Assembly (NCBI GenBank): GCA_017456965.1
Contig: JAFTIJ010000178.1
Coordinates: 1 to 43,857 of the forward strand
DNA from: Clostridia bacterium
GTDB lineage: Bacteria; Bacillota; Clostridia; Oscillospirales; CAG-272
Direction of reading: 5' to 3'
Length of the DNA: 43,857 nucleotides
How positions within the stretch are numbered: the stretch's first letter is position 1; every line of letters begins with the position of its first letter. A model generated the notes under the pieces. That model saw only the letters and a list, made by a program, of their open reading frames with translations, was not told where the DNA came from and made no database searches. Below, piece after piece: positions 16,441-23,330 of the stretch. The position numbers and the translations under genes were made by a program.

Positions 16441-17856
16441 TCAGCCCTCGTCGGCCTCGGTCGGGGCACTTGCCTGTGCTGCCTTGCCGCCGGCAAAGCC
16501 TGCGAGCAGGCTCGAAAGGTCGATGCCCGTGGACTGCTTGACGCCCTCCATGATCTGGTCGGCGCTGGTCATCACGTCGCGCACGAGCCTTGTGGAGTTG
16601 CCGTCGCCGTACATAACGATCTTGTCGGTCTGTGCAAGCGGTGCGGCGGCGTTCTTGACGACCTCGGGAAGAGCGCTGAGGTACATTTCGAGCACGGACG
16701 CTTCGCCCATCTTCTTTTGTGCCTCTGCCTTCTTTTCGATCGCCTCAGCCTCGGCAAGACCCTTTGCGCGGATACCCTCGGCCTCCTGCTCCATCGCGTA
16801 GCGGAGAGCCTCGGCCTCGGCCTTTCTCGCCTCGGCGGCGCGGACAGCCTCGTACTGACGAGCGTCGGCTTCCTTCTGGCGCTTGACGAGGTCAGCCTCC
16901 GCTTCCTTTTCGGAGCGGTACTTCATAGCGTCTGCCTGCTTCTTGATCTCAGCGTCGAGCTCGCGCTCCTTGATGGCGATCTCCTTCTCGGCAAGCTCCG
17001 CCTCCTTTTCGCGGCGGGCGATGTCGGCGTTGGTCTTGGCGATCTCGATGATCTTACGCTGATTTTCCTGTTGGATGGAGTAGGCGGCGTCTGCCTCTGC
17101 GCGCTTGGTGTCGGCGCGCACCTTCATGTCGGCCTGCTGAACGGCAAGCTCGGCATTCTGCTCGGCGATCTTCTTTTCCGCCTCTACCTTGACGGCGTTT
17201 GCCTCCTGCTGTGCCTTGGAGGTCGCGATGGCGATGTCACGCTGTGCGTTTGCCTTGGCGATCTGTGCGTTTTTGCGGATCTGCTCGACGTTGTCGATAC
17301 CCATGTTTTCAATCGTGCCGGCGGCATCCTTGAAATTCTGGATATTGAAGTTGACGACCTCGATACCGAGCTTTTCCATGTCGGGGACGACGTTTTCCGT
17401 GATCTTCTTGGCGACGCCCTGACGGTCCTGTACCATCTCCTTGAGGCCGACGGAGCCGACGATCTCACGCATATTGCCCTCCAGCACCTGCGTGACGAGC
17501 GTGATCATCTCTGCGCGGTTCTTGCCGAGCAGGGCCTCTGCCGCGCGCTTCAGAAGCTCGGGGTCAGAGGAGATCTTGATGTTGGCGACACCGTCTACGG
17601 TGACGTTGATGAATTCGTTTGTGGGGACGGCCTCGCTTGTCTTGACGTCCACCTGCATGACGCTGAGCGAGAGGCGGTCTACGCGCTCAAAGAAGGGAAC
17701 GCGCCAGCCCGCTTTACCGATCAGGATGCGTTTTTTCCAGAGACCGGAAATGATATATGCGGTATCGGGCGGAGCCTTGAGATAGCCGAAAACGACGAAA
17801 AGCAAGATCACGCCGACGATTGCTCCAATGAGTATAAGGGTAGTGATGGGGTCCAT
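16441..17856 (-). CDS. flotillin family protein (SPFH/Band 7 domain, FloT/YqiK-like)
   Basis: N-terminal TM segment, an SPFH-like region, then a long Ala/Glu/Lys-rich coiled-coil (AEAEA, EKEAEA repeats). Start is set at ATG 17856 (MDPITT) after CAGGAGGAAG. Confidence 0.9.
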   Translation of the reverse strand: MDPITTLILIGAIVGVILLFVVFGYLKAPPDTAYIISGLWKKRILIGKAGWRVPFFERVDRLSLSVMQVDVKTSEAVPTNEFINVTVDGVANIKISSDPELLKRAAEALLGKNRAEMITLVTQVLEGNMREIVGSVGLKEMVQDRQGVAKKITENVVPDMEKLGIEVVNFNIQNFKDAAGTIENMGIDNVEQIRKNAQIAKANAQRDIAIATSKAQQEANAVKVEAEKKIAEQNAELAVQQADMKVRADTKRAEADAAYSIQQENQRKIIEIAKTNADIARREKEAELAEKEIAIKERELDAEIKKQADAMKYRSEKEAEADLVKRQKEADARQYEAVRAAEARKAEAEALRYAMEQEAEGIRAKGLAEAEAIEKKAEAQKKMGEASVLEMYLSALPEVVKNAAAPLAQTDKIVMYGDGNSTRLVRDVMTSADQIMEGVKQSTGIDLSSLLAGFAGGKAAQASAPTEADEG

Positions 17857-18054
17857 AGTGCTTCCTCCTGAAATAATTTGATCGAGCGGAGAGTGGCTTC
17901 CTTCCGACAAAAAAGAAAAGACTCTCAGCGTAGCGGCTACACTAAAAGTCTCGTTTTCATCTTTTGGATTTAGTAAGCACCGAGCTTCTGCAGTTGCTGT
18001 CCTGACGATGCGTACACACTACCGCAAGCGGTAATGAACTACTCCCTTTTCGAT
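17857..18054 (-). promoter_or_regulatory. structured 5' leader of the flotillin gene (candidate riboswitch/attenuator or small RNA)
   Basis: Lies between the predicted TSS (about 18054) and the RBS. Contains a CAUUACCG-CUUG-CGGUAGUG hairpin, a 10-position helix GUACGCAUCG/CGGUGCUUAC with one mismatch, and then an intrinsic terminator. Confidence 0.5.
17909..17950 (-). terminator. intrinsic terminator inside the flotillin leader
   Basis: On the minus strand GACUUUUAGUGUAG-CCG-CUACGCUGAGAGUC forms 14 bp including three G-U pairs, followed by UUUUCUUUUUU. The G-U pairs become A-C mismatches on the + strand, so the element is strand-specific. Confidence 0.7.
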
Positions 18055-18060
18055 GTATCC

Positions 18061-18089
18061 AGTATAGCACAAAATGGATATATTGTCAA
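18061..18089 (-). promoter_or_regulatory. sigma-70-type promoter for the flotillin leader
   Basis: Minus strand reads TTGACA (18089-18084), a 17-nt spacer ending in TGc, then TATACT (18066-18061). Confidence 0.65.
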
Positions 18090-18241
18090 GCATCCAAATC
18101 AAATTTTGTATGGATGCACAATTTTGAAAAATGGGATTTATGCAAGATAAATAGAAAAATTATCCATTTTTGAGACGCTATCCTATTATATAAATAAAGA
18201 CGCCGATATAGCATATTTCATAAATAATTCACAGAGATTTC

Positions 18242-18270
18242 TTGATTTTTTGCTTGAAACTTGATATAAT
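18242..18270 (+). promoter_or_regulatory. sigma-70-type promoter for the LysR-type regulator gene
   Basis: TTGATT (18242-18247), a 17-nt spacer with TGa immediately upstream of the -10, then TATAAT (18265-18270). It lies 38 nt upstream of ATG 18308. Confidence 0.6.
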
Positions 18271-18307
18271 AGGAGATACGATATTTGGCGGGAGGGAAGA
18301 GCACGCG

Positions 18308-19237
18308 ATGAATACGCTTCATTTCAAATACGCCGTAGAGGTCGAGCGAACGGGCTCGATCACACAGGCGGCAGAGAATCTTTTCATGGGGCAGCCCAAT
18401 CTGAGTAAGGCGATCATGGAGCTTGAGGAGACGCTCGGCTACCAGATCTTTCAGCGAACCTCCAAGGGCGTGATCCCGACAGAAAAGGGCTCTGCGTTTC
18501 TCATCTATGCCAAGAATATTCTGGCAAGCATCGAGAAGATGGAGGCGCTCTCCGACCGTCATTCGGCAGGGCAGACGCTCAGCATCGCCTTCGTTCGCAG
18601 TACCTATATCGCCTTCGCGCTCAAGACGCTGATCTCGGAAATGGACCATACGGGCAAGCTCCGTCTGAACGTGCGCGAGACCAATGCCGTCCAGATCATC
18701 AACAGCGTCGTTTCGGGCTCCTTCAGCCTTGGAATCGTGCGCTACCGACTCTTTCACGAGAAGTATTTTATGGATTACATCCGCGATAAGGATCTTGACG
18801 TCATTCCATTTTGGGAATTTGACAGCATGGTTCTAACCTCAGAACGGAATTGCCGCGAACGCGATAAAATCACGGGCAGAGACCTCGGCAGCATGACGCC
18901 CGTGAGCTTTGGCGACGAAAGTATCCCGTATCTCTCATTCGGTGAGGTGCGCCGCGAGGCAAAATCGCCCGTTGCGGATAAGGCTCTCTTTGTTTATGAC
19001 AGGGCGACGGCGTATGATTTTCTGCATACGATTCCCGATTCCTATATGCTGACGGCACCGGTCCCCCCGTCCGAGCTTGAAAAATACGGGTTGACACAGC
19101 GAAAATGCGATATTCCGAACGAGCGCTCCAAGGATGTGATCGTCTTCCAGAGGGGATACAAGCTCACCGATCTTGACCGACGCTTTATCAATATTCTCTC
19201 CGAGATCAAAAATTCGGCGGAGTTTGATCTGCGATAA
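18308..19237 (+). CDS. LysR-family transcriptional regulator
   Basis: N-terminal winged HTH LHFKYAVEVERTGSITQAAENLFMGQPNLSKAIMELEETLGYQIFQR plus a roughly 200-aa effector domain. The ORF is trimmed to ATG 18308 after GGGAGGGA. Confidence 0.85.
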   Translation: MNTLHFKYAVEVERTGSITQAAENLFMGQPNLSKAIMELEETLGYQIFQRTSKGVIPTEKGSAFLIYAKNILASIEKMEALSDRHSAGQTLSIAFVRSTYIAFALKTLISEMDHTGKLRLNVRETNAVQIINSVVSGSFSLGIVRYRLFHEKYFMDYIRDKDLDVIPFWEFDSMVLTSERNCRERDKITGRDLGSMTPVSFGDESIPYLSFGEVRREAKSPVADKALFVYDRATAYDFLHTIPDSYMLTAPVPPSELEKYGLTQRKCDIPNERSKDVIVFQRGYKLTDLDRRFINILSEIKNSAEFDLR

Positions 19238-19456
19238 CGATTCGTTTGCGGAGTTGCTATGTGTTTCTCGGAATATTGTCATTCTGAAAAAGAATGTGAG
19301 TATTCCCGATAATTTTATAAAATTCTTTGTTGCCAAAAATGGGTGTATAATGTTGTTTAATTTGTCCAAATCAAAAAACGCATTTTTTTCTCGGGAATCC
19401 TTTTCAAGTCGATAAACGCTTATTGATAAAAGAATATTGATATGCGAATTTCATAT

Positions 19457-19485
19457 TTTACATATGCTTTTTCATATGATAAAAT
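19457..19485 (+). promoter_or_regulatory. candidate promoter for the mdh-frd operon
   Basis: TTTACA, 17 nt, TAAAAT within the AT-rich spacer. Other weaker candidates exist, for example TATAAT near 19347. Confidence 0.3.
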
Positions 19486-19605
19486 AAAATCATGGTAGAG
19501 TGGATCATTGTGTACCGTTTCCGATCGTGCGATACGCGGACACAACCCGCTTTTTCACGGGCAATGCCCAAGGCACCCTCCCCGAAAGGGGAACATAAAC
19601 AAAGT

Positions 19606-19633
19606 CAAAAGGGACTTCCTTTTGTCGTTTTTT
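19606..19633 (+). terminator. weak terminator-like hairpin in the mdh leader
   Basis: CAAAAGG-GACUU-CCUUUUG followed by UCGUUUUUU. It sits 110 nt upstream of ATG 19743 and about 370 nt downstream of the LysR stop. Confidence 0.35.
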
Positions 19634-19742
19634 GCGTTTGCGACAGCCAAAAAACGCAGAACGTCACCCGTGCAGGTGTAAACGGGATCCCGTCCGTGCA
19701 CGCGGCGGATCAAAGAAAAACAGAAAGTAGGATGGTACACTT

Positions 19743-20690
19743 ATGGGAAAGAAAATTACGGTTATCGGCGCAGGCAGCGTTGGCGCTACCATTGCGTACA
19801 CACTTTCCGTCAAAGGCATCGCTGATGAGATCGTCATGATCGACATCAACGAAAACAAGGTGCTCGGTGAGGCACTTGACATTCGACAGGGTCTTCCTTT
19901 CTGCAGAGCAACCTCCGTATATGCGGGCGGTTACGCGGAAGCGGTCAACTCCGACATTGTCGTTATCACCTCCGGTCTGCCGAGAAAGCCCGGCCAGACC
20001 CGTCTTGAGCTCGCACAGGCAAACGTGGATATTCTGAAGAGCATTATGCCCAGAATCACCAAGTACGCTCCCGATGCGATCTATATCCTGGTAGCAAACC
20101 CCGTCGATATCCTTACCTATACCTTCGTAAAGTATTCCGGTATTCCGGAAAATCATATCTTCGGCTCGGGTACGATGCTCGACTCCGTCCGTCTGCGCTC
20201 CAGACTTGCAGAGTACTACGGCATCGACTCCACTTACATCAACGCATACATGCTCGGTGAGCACGGCGACTCCATGTTCTTGCCCTGGTCTCTTGTTAAG
20301 ATCAACGGCAACGGCGTCCGTCTCCACGAGGAGGTCAAGGCAAGAGAGGGCGGTCTTCTCCCCGAGATCGACAAGGATGCGATCGAGAAATACGTCCGCA
20401 CCTCCGGCGGCAGAGTTATCGCGAGAAAGGGCGCAACCTTCTACGCGGTCTCCATGTCCGTGGCTCATATGTGTGAGTGCGTGCTCAACAACGTCGGCTG
20501 CGTTCTCCCCGTATCCGTCATGATGAACGGTGAGCATGGCGTCAGCGACGTATGTCTGAGTTACCCGACGATGATCAACAGCGACGGCGTTTTCGCTAAG
20601 GTCCCCACGCCTCTGACCGAGGAGGAGGAGGCCGCTCTGCGCAGTAGCGGCGACGCGCTCAAGGCCGTTATTTCCGGTCTTGCATTCTAA
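19743..20690 (+). CDS. mdh: LDH-family 2-hydroxyacid dehydrogenase, predicted malate dehydrogenase
   Basis: GAGSVG Rossmann motif. LDH-like NPVDILTY, GSGTMLDS.R.R and GEHGDS motifs. It reads SGLPRKPGQTR (Arg81, codon 19983-19985) where LDHs have Gln. Sits directly upstream of fumC. Confidence 0.65.
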   Translation: MGKKITVIGAGSVGATIAYTLSVKGIADEIVMIDINENKVLGEALDIRQGLPFCRATSVYAGGYAEAVNSDIVVITSGLPRKPGQTRLELAQANVDILKSIMPRITKYAPDAIYILVANPVDILTYTFVKYSGIPENHIFGSGTMLDSVRLRSRLAEYYGIDSTYINAYMLGEHGDSMFLPWSLVKINGNGVRLHEEVKAREGGLLPEIDKDAIEKYVRTSGGRVIARKGATFYAVSMSVAHMCECVLNNVGCVLPVSVMMNGEHGVSDVCLSYPTMINSDGVFAKVPTPLTEEEEAALRSSGDALKAVISGLAF

Positions 20691-20740
20691 TCAAGGTAAG
20701 CAAATAACAAAAGAATAAATCAACAGAAACGGAGATCAAT

Positions 20741-22126
20741 ATGGAATATCGTGTGGAACATGATTCTATGGGCGAGGTCAAGGTGCCTGCGGACAAGCTC
20801 TGGGGCGCTCAGACCGAAAGAAGCCACGAGAATTTCAAAATCGGCGTCGGCATTGAAACGATGCCGCGCGAGATCACGCACGCCTTCGGCATCCTGAAAA
20901 AGGCGTGCGCCATCGCCAATCACTCGCTGAAGCCCGAGCGTATGACCGACGCAAAGCTTGCCGCTATTTCTGCGGCGTGCGACGAGGTCATCGCCGGTAC
21001 GCTCAACGAGCATTTTCCGCTCGTCGTATGGCAGACCGGCTCCGGTACGCAGTCCAACATGAACGCAAACGAGGTCATTGCCAGACGCGGCACCGAGATC
21101 GGCGGCGGAACGCTTGAGAAGGCGCTCCATCCCAACGACGATATCAACATGAGCCAGTCCTCCAACGACACCTTCCCGACGGCAATGCACATTGCCGCAG
21201 TCCTCGCCATCGAGGAGAAGGTCTTCCCCGCAGTTGACAAGCTGATCGCCACCTTCAAGCGCCTTGAGGCCGAGAACGAGGGCATCGTCAAGAGCGGCAG
21301 AACCCACCTTCAGGACGCAACGCCCATCAAGTTCTCTCAGGAGATCAGCGGCTGGCGCTCCTCTCTTGAGAAGGACAGAAAGATGCTGGAGATCGCACTT
21401 CCCGCGCTCTACGAGCTCGCACTCGGCGGCACCGCGGTCGGCACCGGTCTGAATGCACCCAAGGGCTTTGACACCAAGGTTGCCGAGGCCGTTGCAACGC
21501 TTACCGGCAAGCCCTTCGTCACCGCTCCCAACAAATTCCACGCCCTCACCTCCAAGGATGAGCTCGTATTCGCTCACGGCGCACTCAAGGCACTCGCCGC
21601 CGACATGATGAAGATCGCAAACGACGTCAGATGGCTGGCATCCGGCCCTCGCGACGGTCTTGGCGAGATCTTTATCCCCGAGAACGAGCCCGGCTCCTCC
21701 ATCATGCCCGGTAAGGTCAACCCCACCCAGTGTGAGGCTGTTACCATGGTAGCCGTTCAGGTTATGGGTAACGACGTGGCTGTCGGCATGGCGGCATCTC
21801 AGGGCAACTTTGAGCTCAACGTATTCATGCCCGTGTGCATCTACAACTTCCTCCAGTCCGCAAGACTGCTCGCGGAGTCCATCGTTTCCTTCAACGATAA
21901 CTGCGCCGTCGGCATTACCGCCAACAAGGAAAAGATGCATCACAACCTTTATAACTCTCTGATGCTCGTCACCGCTCTCAACCCCTACATCGGCTACGAG
22001 AATGCGGCAAAGACGGCAAAGAAAGCATACAAGGACAATATTTCCCTGAAAGAAGCCTGCGTTGCGCTCGGCTTCCTGACTGCTGAGAAATTTGACGAAG
22101 TATTCCACCCCGAAGAAATGGCATAA
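20741..22126 (+). CDS. fumC: class II fumarate hydratase
   Basis: [16 protein letters not shown] signature. N-terminus [28 protein letters not shown]. 461 aa. Confidence 0.95.
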   Translation: MEYRVEHDSMGEVKVPADKLWGAQTERSHENFKIGVGIETMPREITHAFGILKKACAIANHSLKPERMTDAKLAAISAACDEVIAGTLNEHFPLVVWQTGSGTQSNMNANEVIARRGTEIGGGTLEKALHPNDDINMSQSSNDTFPTAMHIAAVLAIEEKVFPAVDKLIATFKRLEAENEGIVKSGRTHLQDATPIKFSQEISGWRSSLEKDRKMLEIALPALYELALGGTAVGTGLNAPKGFDTKVAEAVATLTGKPFVTAPNKFHALTSKDELVFAHGALKALAADMMKIANDVRWLASGPRDGLGEIFIPENEPGSSIMPGKVNPTQCEAVTMVAVQVMGNDVAVGMAASQGNFELNVFMPVCIYNFLQSARLLAESIVSFNDNCAVGITANKEKMHHNLYNSLMLVTALNPYIGYENAAKTAKKAYKDNISLKEACVALGFLTAEKFDEVFHPEEMA

Positions 22127-22143
22127 GGAAAGGGGGAAAAACC

Positions 22144-22920
22144 ATGACCTTCAGCTATTATCCCGGTTGCACCCTCAAAACCAAGGCAAAGGAGCTCGAC
22201 GGCTACGCCAGAAGAAGCGCTGAGGCGCTCGGCATCACGCTCGACGAGCTTGCCGATTGGCAGTGCTGCGGTGGCGTTTACACCACGGCGAAGGACGAGA
22301 TCGCAACCAAGCTCTCCTCCGTACGTGCGCTGATGTCTGCGAAGAAAGAGGGTAACGCGCTCGTGACGCTTTGCTCTGCCTGCCACAACGTGATCAAGCA
22401 GACCAAGCACGAGCTCGACACAAACGACGATATGAACCTCAGAGCAAGCAACTACATGGGCTGCAATGCAAGAGAGGCTGCGGACACCGAGGTCATCCAT
22501 TACCTCGAAATGCTCCGTGACGTCGTCGGCTTTGACAAGATCAAGGAGAAAGTCGTCAATCCCCTGACGGGCAGAAAGATCGCGGCATATTACGGTTGCC
22601 TGCTCCTGCGCCCCGGAAAGACGATGCAGTTTGATAACCCCGAGAACCCCAAGATCATCGAGGACTTCATCCGCGCGATCGGTGCGACTCCCGTGATCTA
22701 CCCGATGAGAAACGAATGCTGCGGCGGCTACATCACCGTCAAGGATGCCGAGGCGGCAAAGAAGAACAGCACAGCCGTTCATGAGAGCGCGGCGGGCTTT
22801 GGTGCGGACTGCATCATCACCGCTTGCCCCCTGTGCCGTTACAACCTCATCAAGGCGGAGAGCCCGATCCCCGTCATCTATTTCACTGAACTTCTTGCCG
22901 AAGCACTCGGTGTAAAATAA
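22144..22920 (+). CDS. hdrB: heterodisulfide reductase subunit B-like protein (two CCG domains)
   Basis: YPGC...CCGG...CSAC and YYGC...CCGG...CPLC modules. Confidence 0.8.
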   Translation: MTFSYYPGCTLKTKAKELDGYARRSAEALGITLDELADWQCCGGVYTTAKDEIATKLSSVRALMSAKKEGNALVTLCSACHNVIKQTKHELDTNDDMNLRASNYMGCNAREAADTEVIHYLEMLRDVVGFDKIKEKVVNPLTGRKIAAYYGCLLLRPGKTMQFDNPENPKIIEDFIRAIGATPVIYPMRNECCGGYITVKDAEAAKKNSTAVHESAAGFGADCIITACPLCRYNLIKAESPIPVIYFTELLAEALGVK

Positions 22921-22932
22921 GGAGGCAGACAA

Positions 22933-23316
22933 ATGAACAATAATCTCAAAGAAGAAATCATCCGCACAAGCGGCGTCAACGTTCTCAAATGTATGAGATG
23001 CGGCAAGTGCTCCGGCACCTGTCCCTCCTACGGAGAAATGGAATATCATCCGCATCAGTTTGTATATATGGTAGAGAAGGGTGAGATCGACAAGCTCATG
23101 GATTCTCCCTCCATTTACAAATGTCTTTCCTGCTTTGCCTGCGTAGAACGCTGTCCTCGCGGCGTTGAGCCCGCAAAGATCGTCGAGGCGGTCCGTCTCG
23201 CCGCAACCCGCCGTCAGGGCGGTAATCACCTGACCGCAGAAGAGATCCCCTGCATCGTCGACGACGATACGCCGGGTCAGCTCCTCGTCAGCGCATTCCG
23301 TAAGTATAAGAAATAA
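22933..23316 (+). CDS. hdrC: heterodisulfide reductase subunit C-like 4Fe-4S dicluster protein
   Basis: CMRCGKCSGTCP and CLSCFACVERCP motifs. 127 aa, between the hdrB- and hdrA-like genes. Confidence 0.75.
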   Translation: MNNNLKEEIIRTSGVNVLKCMRCGKCSGTCPSYGEMEYHPHQFVYMVEKGEIDKLMDSPSIYKCLSCFACVERCPRGVEPAKIVEAVRLAATRRQGGNHLTAEEIPCIVDDDTPGQLLVSAFRKYKK

Positions 23317-23330
23317 GGAAGGGGAAAGAT

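Noticed and set aside
16363-17871. 502-aa ORF on the + strand
   Set aside because: It is exactly antisense to the flotillin gene, which has clear family features. Its product is a low-complexity Leu/Gly/Asp/Val-rich string with no RBS. This is a typical shadow ORF of a GC-rich, repeat-rich coding region.
17955-18010. GUCAGGACAGCAACUGCAGAAGC vaguely recalls the SRP RNA domain IV
   Set aside because: The conserved GGAA tetraloop and AGCA asymmetric loop are absent, and the flanking helices do not fit a 4.5S-type fold.
17990-18050. AAAAGGGAGUAG in the flotillin leader resembles the GGGGAGUAG core of the yybP-ykoY manganese riboswitch
   Set aside because: The rest of the leader does not fold into the four-way junction. 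The second conserved strand (UUGACAUA-like and AGCAAGACC-like segments) is missing. Flotillin is not a typical associated gene. I therefore left it as an unclassified leader.
19743-20690. Straight annotation as L-lactate dehydrogenase
   Set aside because: The specificity-loop residue is Arg rather than Gln, and the genomic context is the malate/fumarate pathway. It is kept as predicted mdh with moderate confidence.
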